Assembly: GCF_001194135.2 (NCBI RefSeq)
Contig: NC_068985.1
Coordinates: 106,263,310 to 106,315,790, forward strand
Length of the DNA: 52,481 nucleotides
Direction of reading: 5' to 3'
Origin: Octopus bimaculoides
Lineage: Eukaryota
Shown piece after piece: positions 34,445 through 45,589 of this stretch. Under the pieces are notes generated by a model. That model made no database searches, was not told the origin of the DNA, and was given only the letters and a program-made list of their open reading frames with translations. A program made the translations under genes and the position numbers. The number at the start of each line of letters is the position of its first letter. Position 1 is the stretch's first letter.

Positions 34445-35050
34445 TTGATATTGTTGCAGATGGATGCTGAGAGCTCCACAAAGAAGTGCTGATTTCAAAG
34501 TAAATAGAACCTGTGGAAGTGGGAGACCCAAGAAGACATGGAATAAAGTACTGAAGAACAACCTCAGGATACTGTACCCTTCAGGCAAGAGGACAAAGGA
34601 CCAAGATGCCTGGTGCCTTGCTGTACTCAAGAAGACCTGTACTCCACAGCAGAAGTGTTAAAAAAAGACCAGCAGAACCTAGAACTGCAGATGGCTTCCA
34701 CAGATGTTGCCTTAGGACCAAACTGAATTCCTCAGCATGAACCCACATCATGATAGTAGAAGTCAGGAAAAGGCCAGGCTGAGTAACCTGCAGGACACCA
34801 TTGTTGTGAGACAGAGGAAGATGCTCAGCCATATGTTATACATACCAGAGACCAGAGAAAGCCTCTCTTGAGTGGAAAACAGAGAGAAGGTGAAGCAGAC
34901 CTGGCAGATTTGGGCCTGACCTAGGGAAAGGTTCATGACAAAGCTTATAATTGTACTGGATAGGGACCATTTGTTGTCTGGTGCTCCACAAAGAATGGAA
35001 GGATCTAAGACTAAAGTCTTTTAGAATATCAAGATATTAATGGGACTTAA
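34445..35050 (+). mobile_element. RTE LINE 3' fragment
   Basis: GSGRPKKTWNKVLKNNLRIL...DQDAWCLAVLKK, followed by a UTR-like tract. Confidence 0.7.
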
Positions 35051-35170
35051 CAAAGCAGGTATGTAAACACATTTAATAGTTTTTGTCTGTGTGAGACATT
35101 GCCAGGAGAATGTTGAAGAGTGATCTCAGTCAGCTCTGTTTGAACAGGCCCATGTGACAGGTGTGAGATA

Positions 35171-35233
35171 TTCATTTGGTCGTTTTTTGTCTGAGCTTCA
35201 TTTGGTCGTTTTTTGTCTGAGCTTCATTTGGTC
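35171..35233. repeat. 26-bp tandem duplication (2.4 copies)
   Basis: TTCATTTGGTCGTTTTTTGTCTGAGC x2 + TTCATTTGGTC. Confidence 0.9.
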
Positions 35234-35811
35234 AACTCTAGTTGTAAACATCTCATTTTGACTGTAAATGCTTCCTAACACTTTGGAGCTTCAAAATACG
35301 ATCCTATTTTTAAAAATAAAGGAGAATTTGATTGATTAAAATTTGTTGTTTCATCGAGCTAATTATAAGTGCTTAAGTTCCTTTCCTTAACTTGCAGATT
35401 GTGTATATGCATGTATATAGGTAGATACATACAACACTCGTGCAAGGTAAAAAACCTTGCAAGGTAAATAACTCTTACAGTGCCCTGATCCGTTTCTTTA
35501 TGATTTGCCCAAACATTTAGTCAGGAGTGACAGGTGACAGAATCTTATGTTATTCGATGGTTCATGTTCTGACATGACCTCTGCACTGTGTTTCTAGTGA
35601 AGAACATTAAACACTGGAACATCCCAGTCCACAGTGAATGTCATTTACAAATAATTACTGGCCTTTGTAATATTAACATAGCTATTTAGTGAACATAAGT
35701 TTTTCTTATGAAAATAATTTTGTAAATGTGATAATGCTCGTAACGTATTGTCCATTAGCAGCAGCTGTTTCGCCTCATATCAGACCTCATCTAAAACAGA
35801 CCAATAATAAT

Positions 35812-37030
35812 AATAATTTCTACTCTAGGCACAATGTCTGAAATTTTGGGGGAGGGGACTAGTTGATTACATCGACCCCAGTGTTCCATTGGTATTTAAT
35901 TTATCTACCCCATAAGGATGAAAGGTAAAGTTGGTCTCAGCAGACTTTGAACTCAGAATGTAAAGACAGATGAAATGCCGCAAAGCATTTTGTCTAGCAT
36001 GCTAATGATTCTGCCAGCTCGCTGCCTTAAAAATATTAACAATAACAGTAATAATCCATTTTACTATAAGCGCAAGGCCTGAAATTTGGGGCAGGGGGAG
36101 GTTAGTTGATTTCATTGATATCAGTGCTCAACTGGTGTGTATTTTATCAACCTTGAAAGCATGAAAGGTGAAGTCAACCCCAGCAGAATTTGAACTCAGA
36201 ATATAAAGAGCCTGAAGAAATGCCACTAAGCATTTTGTCTCATGTGCTAAAGATTCTGCTAGCTTTCTGCCTTAATGGTTTCAAATTTTGGCACAAGGCC
36301 AGCAACTTTAGGGAGAGGTAATAAGTTGATTACATCATCTCCAGTGCCCAACTGGTACTTGCCTTGTCAACCCTGAAAAGATGAAAGGCAAAGTTGACCT
36401 CAGCAGAATTTGAACTCAGAATGTAAAGAGCCAAAACAAAAGCCACTAAGCATTCTTCCAGCTCACCACCTTAATAATAATAATAACAAGAGCATCCAGG
36501 GAGTGCAAACCTCCACCAAAGCAACACCAATGTCCTCTCAACGATTAGCCAGAGATGATTTTTAAAATGTGAATATCTGAAATAAACTTGACTGCTCTCA
36601 CAAATGAGAATACTAAAAATGAACCCAACCTCTCTCAAAAATTAAGTAAAAAAACAGGAAAAATAATCCAGAATCTTTGTCCAGTACCAGATCTATCCCA
36701 AAATCTAATCAGTTTGTGCCAGTCACGAGGCCAAACATACCTGAAAGTTTCATCTAAATCTACCCAGTGGTTCTTGAGATATCTTGTCCACAGACAAACA
36801 AACACAACTGAAAACAATATCTCTGCCTTTGCAAAGGCAGAGGTACTAATCATTTCTGCTATAGGCACAAAGCTTGAACTTTGTAGGAGGCTAGTTGATG
36901 ACATTGACCCTGAAAGGATGAAAGACAAAGTCTACCTTGGTGGAATTTGAACTCAAAGCATAAGGTCAGACAAAATGACGCTAAGCATTTTGCCCGGTGT
37001 ACTAACAATTCTGCCAGTTTGCCGCCTTAA
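35812..37030 (-). repeat. Array of four SINE family E units with TAA-rich linkers, one linker interrupted by a HINE-like element
   Basis: Units at ~35812-36030, 36052-36273, 36277-36475 and 36850-37030. Confidence 0.8.
36485..36846 (+). mobile_element. Helentron-associated (HINE-like) non-autonomous element
   Basis: Starts AACAAGAGC..ACCTCCACC; (CAAA)n; 3' palindrome CTCTGCCTTTGCAAAGGCAGAG at 36821-36842. Confidence 0.65.
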
Positions 37031-37049
37031 TAATAATTATAATAATGAT

Positions 37050-37390
37050 AATGAGCTTATTGTATACATTGCTCAGATGCATCACAACTGGTTGGAAAAG
37101 GGTAAAAAAGGGTTTAGAAAGCAGCAATAAATCAAAGAAAGACAGCAATGGTAGTTAAAAGTACATGCACAGTAGACATACCAAAATACAAAGACAGAAA
37201 AGTGAACTGTAAAAGAGCCGTGAAGAAGAAAAGGTGCATAGGCACATCAGAAATAGTGTTGGCAACTTTCAAGAAGCATGGAATTTTTGAAGGATGCTAA
37301 CTACTAGTGTGGGTAGTTTATTCCATGGTTTGATAATTCTGAGCTTGAGAAAATATTTCTGAGAATCAGGTGTGCAGTTCTGTTCTTTTT
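37050..37390 (-). mobile_element. CR1-clade LINE 3' end
   Basis: Minus strand RKYFL.LRIIKPWNKLP-like C-terminus plus 3' UTR; homologous to 42480-42740. Confidence 0.75.
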
Positions 37391-37651
37391 ATATATTTTA
37401 TAAGCATGTTGATAAGTGATAGAGACATTGAATTAATAATCATAACCAAAGTTGTTAGATAATATATAGGTAAATACATACAACATTCATGCAGGTAAAA
37501 AAAGTTGCAAGGGAAATAACTCCTGCAGTGCCCTGATCCGTTTCTTTATTATTTGTCCAAACATTTAGTTAGCAGTGACAGGTGACAGAATCTTATGTTA
37601 TTCGATGGTTCATGTTCTGGCATGACCTCTGCACTGTGTTTCTAGTCAAGA

Positions 37652-37890
37652 AATACCAAAATACAAACACAGAAAAGTGAGCAGTAAAAGAGTCATGAAG
37701 AAGAAAAGGTGCATAGGCCTCATCAGAAATAGTGTTAGTAAGAACAGAGCTGCACACCGGATTCTCAGAAATATTTTTTGAAACTCAGAATTATCAAACC
37801 ATGGAATAAACTACCGAAACAAGTAGTTAGCTGTCTAGACAATGCATCCTTCAAAAATTCCATGCTTCTTGAAAGTTACCAACACTATTT
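37652..37890. mobile_element. Rearranged CR1 fragment (direct + inverted parts) flanked by an 18-bp direct repeat
   Basis: 37653-37736 is direct to 37178-37260; 37740-37893 is inverted to 37248-37388; CTGTGTTTCTAGTCAAGA occurs at 37634-37651 and 37891-37908. Confidence 0.85.
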
Positions 37891-38399
37891 CTGTGTTTCT
37901 AGTCAAGATATATAAAGTTGTTGCTAGATAATCTTGTGAGCTCTAATGAAATCAGGCACAAAGCACCTTACAATGCTTCCAGCTATAGGCACAAGTCCTG
38001 AGATTTAATGGGAATGAGGCTAATCGATTACATCGACTCCAGGGTCGATGTACCCCAACTGGTACATCAGTGACCTCAAAAGGATAAAAGGCAAAAATCA
38101 GCCTCAGCAGAATTTGAACTCAATGTAAAGACAAAATGCTTCTCTTTTATGCAAAAGAGAAGTAGGGTGTAATTTGAGACAGATTTGGTTACTACTACTA
38201 GCAAGTCTAACGGTTATGTAGTGGTCCCCACATTGGCTAATACAAACATAAAACAGTAAGGTGTGATTTGTATGTGAGTTGGCAGCTATTTTTAGCAGGT
38301 TGAGCTACCCCATAGAAGTTTCCTTTTTGGTTACTGGCACAAAGCCACTTCTCTCAATACTACTCCTCCCTCAGTTGTGGATTCTTTGTCTTTGTCTTG

Positions 38400-38590
38400 C
38401 ATATTACTTGATGGCTTCACTGGTTCTGGTGCCATGTAAAAAGCACCCAGTACACTCTGTAAAGCCACGGAAGCCATACCAAAGCAGACAGAAGAGCTTA
38501 GCACAACCCCCCTGGCTACTCAGCTCCTGTCTAACTGTCCAACTTACGCCAGCATGGAAAATGAATGTTAAATAATGATGGTGATGATGA
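38400..38590 (+). mobile_element. SINE family C
   Basis: GTGCCATGTAAAAAGCACCC...CCAGCATGGAAAATGAATGTTAAATAATGATG. Confidence 0.7.
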
Positions 38591-38817
38591 TAAACAATAA
38601 AGTACGGTTTGAGGGAGATTTGACTGCTGTTTCTACCATTATTGCATGAATTCAGACAAAATCTTTTGCTTGCAAATGACTAAAGAGTGAAGTGATTGAA
38701 AGGGAAAAATGATCAGTTTTTTGTCAAACATTAAAAAGAAAAATCAAATACATTGCTGTTTGGCCATCAATATACATGTTATAGAAAACTTTCTTGTGAT
38801 TTGGCAAATAACATAGA

Positions 38818-38980
38818 TGTAGGCACAGGTGTGGTAAGAAACTTGCTTCCCAACCATGTGGTCTTGGGTTCAGTCCCTCTGCATAGCATAGCACCTTCGG
38901 TAAGTATCTTCCACTGTAAACCTGGGCTGACCAAAGCCTTATGAGTGGATTTGGTAGACAGAAACTGAAAGAAGCTTGTT
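38818..38980 (+). mobile_element. SINE family A, 5' half (3' half probably at 40045-40262)
   Basis: Head and CORE-like block end in (TA)n. Confidence 0.8.
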
Positions 38981-38995
38981 ATATATATAAATGAG

Positions 38996-39159
38996 TAACA
39001 GTAGAGGTACAGGTGTTACTCCATTAAGGCCATTTCTAACGACTCCTTTAATTGATTAATGAAAGCATTACATCATTGTAAAGAAACCATTTTCATTAAC
39101 CAATTAAAGGAGTCATTAGAAGCAGCCATAATGGATTGGCACCTGTACGTCTATTGTTA
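38996..39159. mobile_element. 164-bp palindromic element (69-bp arms, 26-nt loop) with TA ends
   Basis: 38996-39064 is the inverse complement of 39091-39159 with ~11 mismatches. Confidence 0.8.
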
Positions 39160-39768
39160 ATCATATTTTATTCACCTCTCTCGGAATCTGCCCTTCGTAA
39201 ATATTATGGACCATATCTTATCTATAAAAGGCAGATTTTCTCTGTATGTGTGTATGTTTAAAATTCATACATTTACACAATTCCAAATTTCTTGGATGAA
39301 AGAATCGGAATTAATATTCTAAATACAATAAGTTAGGTCACAGCGTCATTTTTTCAGTCAAAATAACTCCCAATTACGAATAAAATCCATAAAACTACAT
39401 ACAAAATCACTTCTCCCCTCTAAAACAATCTACTTAACTCTTTCTACTCCTCTTACAAATCGTTTCAATTGCTACTTTCTCTTATGAACGTTTATGAACA
39501 ATCCAAGAAAAAAGACAAAGAAATGAAGGAAAAAGAGTGAGAGTCAAATAAACAGACACACTACCAATCATACGTAAATACACACATATCTACACATATA
39601 TATGTACCTATGGTTACCAATGAATTCATTCTAATTGGCGGGAATTATAAGTTATTTCTAACTCCGTCCTTCACCATAACAATAAAAAAAAAATAGCGAC
39701 ACATCTTTTTCAAATACGATCGACAAACATTTATTCCCGACAAACTGAGTTTTTTTTTTAATCTTTTC

Positions 39769-39882
39769 GTAAATCTTGAGATTAACACCTGCATGATTAC
39801 CAACCTAACCCTAACCCTGACCCTAAAACCCCAACCCTAACACTGTAGTGAAAATCGTGTGGGTGTTAATCTGAAAATTTAC
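39769..39882. repeat. 30-bp inverted repeat enclosing degenerate (CCCTAA)n
   Basis: Arms 39769-39798 and 39853-39882 differ at 5 positions; the core is CTAACCCTAACCCTGACCCTAAAACCCCAACCCTAA. Confidence 0.75.
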
Positions 39883-40044
39883 CAATCTTTTTTGAAAAAC
39901 ACATTTACTTACTACCATTTCTTTATTTAGTGTGTGTGTCATATGAAGAGAGGAGAAGAGGGGAGTCAGATGAAGAGGGGAAGGGAGTTGAGCCTATGTG
40001 GCACAAAGAAGCGAAGAGAGAAGATTAATTCTATATATCTATAT

Positions 40045-40262
40045 ATGTGGTTGTGCTTGTGTATTTGTCCCCCACCACTATTTGACAATTGGTGTTGGTT
40101 TGTTTACATGTCTGTAACTTAGTAGGTCGGCAAAAATAGACTGATAGAATAAGCAGCAGATTTAAAAATAAGTGCTGGGTCAATTTGTTTGACTAAACCC
40201 CTTCAATGTGGTGCCCCAGCATGGCCACATTCCAAAGCCTGAAACAAGTAAATGATAAAAGA
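40045..40262 (+). mobile_element. SINE family A, 3' half
   Basis: TGTCCCCCACCAC...GTAACTTAG...GAAACAAGTAAA. Confidence 0.75.
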
Positions 40263-40925
40263 TATGATTTTGTGGATGGTCATTTTGTAGTTTCTAAATA
40301 AAAGAGCAGACACACAGAGGCAACTATCTCTCTCTCTCTATATATATATATTTACATATATTACACGTTTAATACATATTGTAGCCAGTACATGCATAAA
40401 TATTCATCATAGATAAATACACTGTGTTATTTACACAATATAGACATTTGTAATACATGTAACACACACACCAGTAGAAGAATGTGTATGAATGAGGTAA
40501 GCACAAATGTTGGTAACTCATGACCTTCTACAAAGATTCTTCAGTATTTTTTCTCTCATACATTTTGATTAAATTATTCCAAAGTTAAAACTATGTAGGT
40601 CACACTCTATAAATACCTGATAAACCACTCCTTAAACAAAAAAACCTTTTGTTGTTTGTTCAGTAATAAAACAGCTTCTATCTTCTGTGTAAATGGAAAG
40701 TTGGGGTGATACAGTAGAGTAGGTGGTAGGTTCATGACAACACAGTTTCATTTGCAGATTTAGACTGCATCACTTACCTTGTTAATGCCTATGGTAAAGA
40801 TATGATGAATAAACCAACTTCCGGTTTTCCCATTCCCACGCCTAACAAAATGATTTCTAATTTAGGCACAAGGCCAACAAATTTGAAAGGTGGATATTAG
40901 TCAATACCATCGACCCCAGTACTGA

Positions 40926-41873
40926 TGAACTGGAAGGAAAGGGCTGTGATGTCAACAAGGAGCGCCACCGGAACAGGAAGGGGGAGAGAGGAAGTGAGGG
41001 AAGCAAGACCAGGATTGCCCTCTTTCAGCCTGGGGCAGTCATGGTGAACGGATGTGAGTGGAGTGAGCTAGCAGGGATTGGTAGTAGCAGTTGCTAACAC
41101 TAGGTGAGACAGGTAGGGCATGTGTTTGGACTTAACACAGCTGGACAGCCAACAACGAGAGGTAGGTGAACCATATTTTATTCCCCGCATTACAGTTCCA
41201 TGCCAATATCTTGGTTCTGGTGGGTTTTTACATTCAATATGTTCCCAAGATTTTGTGCTAAGTTCAAGACAATAAGATTCATGTAAATTGTACCTTCTGT
41301 ACCACCACAGACGTATATGTAATTGTCAGTTGGCAGCATGCCTTCGGGGGCTTGACCTACACTTCACCCCCTCCCCAAGCTGCACAAAGGCAGACCCTCT
41401 CTCTCTTCCGCAGGGTAGCTATGAACAACATGCAGCTACATCAAGAGATGAGCAAACAGGGCAAACTGGGGAGACAAAGTGGGAGAGGGGATGGTGGCAA
41501 TGATGCAGGAGATCCCAGAGAGGGCAAGAGCAGAAGATGGCAGATTTCGACATGGAGTGAAGTGAGGAGGTGATTTTTAAGATCAGGTGGGGATGAGATG
41601 AACTGGAAGGAAAGGGCTGTGATGTCAACACTCAAGGGGCTCTGCTGGAACAGGAAGTGGGAGAGAGGAAGTGAGGGAAGCAAGACCAGGGTCATCCTCT
41701 TTCAGCCTAGGGCAGTCGTGGTGAACGGATGCAAGTAGAGCAAGCTAGCAGGGATTGGTAGTAGCAGCTGCTAACATTAAGTGAGTTGGGTAGGACACGT
41801 GTTTGGACTTAACACAGCTGAACAGCCAATGAGAAGTGGATGAACTGTATTTTATTCCCTGCATTACAGTTCC
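40926..41873 (+). mobile_element. ~950-bp insert bounded by 275-bp direct repeats, splitting a family E SINE
   Basis: 40926-41200 vs 41599-41873 are ~80% identical by eye; SINE halves lie at 40855-40925 and 41885-42000. Confidence 0.65.
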
Positions 41874-42009
41874 CCCCGTACCACAAGTAGTAGACTGGTA
41901 CTTTATTTTATCGACCCCAGAAGGATGAAGAGCAAAACTGATCCTAGCAGGGTTTGAATTCACAATGTATAGCTAGGACAAATACTGCAAAGCATTGGAC
42001 AAACCACAT

Positions 42010-42388
42010 CTCTAAAGTTGTCAAGAAGACTGAGGGTGTCTTAGCATCACTCAGAGAGACTTTTGTCAGCTGCTCTCCAGTTATATATTTAAAGTTGTAT
42101 ATGGCCATGCTACGTCCACACTGAGTGTGCATCACCACTCTGGAACTGCTATCTTGCTCAGCATATCAATTTCCAAGAAATAGTTCAGAAACGTACAACC
42201 AGACCAATACCCACTGTCAGGCAACTACCATACTCTGAACATCTTGCTTCCTTGGTCATGGACACACTAAAGCTCCAGTCTCTGGCAACTGACTTGGTAG
42301 ACACCCACAAGATTATCCACTATTTTTCCAACAACTTTGAGCATCTTTTTGAATTCCAACCCATGCCAGCATGGAAAACAGACGTTAA

Positions 42389-42426
<38 letters not shown>

Positions 42427-42740
42427 AACACTCATGGACATGCTTACAAAATCAATAAAACAACACAGCATCCATGACTTTCAGAAACATTTTTTCACAC
42501 TCAGAATTGTTGAAGCATGGCATAAACTACCTGCATCAGTGGTTAGCTGTTGAGACTCTACAGCCTTTGAAACTTCCATGCTTCTTGAAATTTACCAATA
42601 GTACACTTGAACCCCCACCACTCTGTGTTTTTTTAAAGAATTATTCATGGTTCAGTTCCTTTGTATATCCTATGTACTGTTCATGCAGTTTTGGTTACTT
42701 TTTCTGATGAGTTGCAGTGTATCTAAGCACTATTATTTTT
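42010..42740 (+). mobile_element. CR1-clade LINE RT C-terminus and 3' UTR, interrupted by a family C SINE tail (42358-42426)
   Basis: LYMAMLRPH..CASPLWN...VQKRTTR; FFTLRIVEAWHKLPASVVS. Confidence 0.8.
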
Positions 42741-43254
42741 TTATAACATTTTATCAATTCTATCAGCTCATCATTGCTATCCCTAACAAAATAAAACACT
42801 TTTGTGCCAGGTGAATAAGAAACCTTATTCTGCAAGAGTGTGTGTGTGTGTGGGGGGGGGGTGCATGCACACACATGTGTGTGCATGTTATTGTGGATTG
42901 TTCATTGAAATATGGTTGTAGTCACATGGAATCCTTTCCCTCAACTGAATAGCCAGTTTGTTTCATCAAACTAGTAACCATTCTAAAAAGTTTCGATCAT
43001 GTGCAAGCATCCACAAAAATTTAGCGTAATATCTAATAGCATCCTGAAAAATGTATTAGTTTCATTTCTTTCATTATTCATAAATTGTGTCTCACATAAT
43101 TTACAACCTTTGTTCTTGTATCAGCTGTCAAAATCATCACCACCACCACCACCATCTTCTTTTAATTCCCATCCTTATGAAATAAGTTTGAAATATCATT
43201 CAAAGCTTGAGGGACTGATTCAGCATTTTGTTTGCTATCAATATACAAATCACT

Positions 43255-43440
43255 GCGTAGGGCGGTGAGATGACAGAATTGTTAGCAGTGGGTGAAATGC
43301 TTAGCAGCATTTCGTTCATCTTTATGTTCTGAGTTCAAATTCTTTCAGGGTTGATAAAGTATCAGTTAAGCACTGGGATCAATTTAATCGACTAGTCCTC
43401 TCTCTCAAAATCGCTGCTTTTGTGCCAAAATTTGAAACAA
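43255..43440 (+). mobile_element. SINE family E
   Basis: GGCGGTGAGATGACAGAA...TTCTGAGTTCAAATT. Confidence 0.75.
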
Positions 43441-43768
43441 ATATATATGTTATTGTTTAGTTGATTTACACGCATTTGTATACCCTGTTCACCTTTAAGA
43501 ATTACAGCTGTATTATTTCCTGCTTGAGATGATCATTTCTCTTGTGATATCAAATAGAGCAGCAGTTTCATTTGGCACTGCCATTGTTGTTCATCATTTC
43601 TTCTGCAATTATGCCAGCAAGAGCTGCAATTTCATATGATATAGTTATTGGTGATTACATTCTGTAAACCAAACAATCAAAGCAGATGAACTAAGAAATT
43701 TTCCTGAATAAAGGATTGTTCAATAAAAATTTATGGCTTAAATATACATTAATAGAATTGTTACTTAA

Positions 43769-44000
43769 AGGCGGCGAGCTGGCAGAAACGATAGCATGCC
43801 GGCCGAAATGCTTAGCGGTATTTCGTTAGCCGTTACGTTCTGAGTTCAAATTCCGCCGAGGTCGACTTTGCCTTTCATCCTTTCGGGGTCGATTAAATAA
43901 GTACCAGTTATATACTGGGGCCCATATAATCGACTTAATCCGTTTGTATGTCCTTGTTTGTCCCCTCTGTGTGTAGCCCTTTGTGGGCAGTAAAGAAATA
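43769..44000 (+). mobile_element. Young SINE family E copy with 15-bp TSD
   Basis: TSD AGAATTGTTACTTAA at 43754-43768 and 44001-44015; CpGs largely retained. Confidence 0.9.
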
Positions 44001-44113
44001 AGAATTGTTACTTAATGAGTATGCTTTTGAACCCCTTTCACACTTGTAACAATTCTTTCAGCAATTCCAATGATTTTGGATGGTATAGAAGTGTTTTTAA
44101 GATTTATATAAAA

Positions 44114-44520
44114 GTGGCTGTGTGGTAAATAGCTTGCTTACCAACCACATGGTTCTGGGTTCAGTCACACTGCGTGGCACCTTGGGCAAGTGTCTTCTAC
44201 TATAGCCTCGGGCTGACCAAAGCCTTGTAGGTGGATTTGGTAGACGGAAACTGAAAGAAGCCCATCGTATATATGTATATATATATGTGTGTGTGTGTGT
44301 GTATATGTTTGTGTGTCTGTGTTTGTCCCCCCAACATCGCTTGACAACCGATGCTGGTGTGTTTACGTCCCCGTAACTTAGCGGTTTGGCAAAAGAGACC
44401 GATAGAATAAGTACTAGGCTTACAAAGAATAAGTCCTGGGGTCAATTTGTTTGAGTAAAGGCGGTGCTCCATCATGGCAACAGTCAAATGACTGAAACAA
44501 GTAAAAGAGTAAAAGAGTAA
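44114..44520 (+). mobile_element. Near full-length SINE family A
   Basis: tRNA-like head, GTGGCACCTTGGGCAAGTGTC CORE-like block, internal (TA/TG)n and an (AAAAGAGT)n tail. Confidence 0.9.
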
Positions 44521-44699
44521 TCTTATCAAATCATATACACAAATCATTATTACAACTTTCATGAATATCATCAGACCGATGTACCTATTATTTCTGCAAA
44601 ACATAGGTCTAGCATATTTTCATTGAATCTGCTGGAACATATTAAAAATAAATATGCAAATCATCATTTCAAACTTAACAGTACACAGTAATCATCTCA

Positions 44700-44960
44700 T
44701 CATTATCACCACCATCACTGTCATCATCATTTAACATCCATTTTCCATGCTGGCATGGGTTAGATGGTTTGACAGGAGCTGACAAACCAGAGAACTGCAA
44801 CAGGCTCTAGTTGTCTGTTTTGATGTGTTTTCTACAGCTGGATTCCCTTCCTAACAACAACTACTTTACAGAGAGTACTGGGTGCTTTTTATGTGGCACC
44901 AGCACAGATGCTTTTTATGTGGTGCCAGCACAGGTGGTTTTTATGTTGCACCAGCAGTTG
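44700..44960 (-). mobile_element. SINE family C
   Basis: TTTAACATCCATTTTCCATGCTGGCATGGG...GGATTCCCTTCCTAAC. Confidence 0.75.
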
Positions 44961-44994
44961 CTGAAAAGAAAAATGGAAGAGATGGTCATACATA

Positions 44995-45432
44995 TATTAC
45001 AGAGAATAAAGTAAATCTCAAATGCAGGATAGCTGTGAACACAGCTTAGAAGATCAGGTAAATACCCTTAGAAGATGGAAAAAAGTGGCCAGAAAGCCAC
45101 TACACAGAATTGAACTCTGTACCTCTCAAATTCCAGCTGAGCACTCTGTACCATTAAGTGATCCCAAATAATGAATACCATCTTTTATAATGTTAAATGA
45201 TAACTTTCGAAATGTGAGAACACTTTTTATAAACAAACTTAAACGCACCAAGTAAGTTGGTATTTTACAGGAAATAAAGTAAATCTTGAATGCAGAACAA
45301 CTGTGAAAACAGCTTAAAAGATAGAGTAAATACCCCTACAAGACAGAAGAAAGTGGTTAGCAAGCCACTACATAGAACTGAACTCTGTACCCTTCTCTCT
45401 GTGTTGTACTGCATGCGTACAATCTGCCAGGC
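44995..45432 (-). mobile_element. Tandem pair of an old tRNA-headed element (family F)
   Basis: 44995-45164 and 45262-45432 align over ~135 bp; the minus strand has a B-box-like GGTACAGAGTTCAATTC. Confidence 0.55.
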
Positions 45433-45514
45433 TCTTGTTTTCAGTGCATTCTTTGATATTGTCAATCCACAAACAACTTTGATAGTCTCCTTTACAAAAT
45501 GAACACCCCATATT

Positions 45515-45522
45515 ATACACAC

Positions 45523-45582
<60 letters not shown>
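45515..45582. repeat. (GT)n microsatellite
   Basis: Seen directly. Confidence 0.95.
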
Positions 45583-45588
<6 letters not shown>

Positions 45589-45589
45589 C

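Noticed and set aside
7866-44520. tRNA-like heads as tRNA genes
   Set aside because: They continue into SINE bodies and lack a full cloverleaf.
40922-44580. CTGATGA cores at 40922, 42705 and 44570 (minus); also 37720 (minus), 2400, 2961 (minus) and 49568 (minus)
   Set aside because: They lack a paired stem II followed by GAAA and a matching stem I. Those at 37720 and 42705 are CR1 3' UTR sequence.
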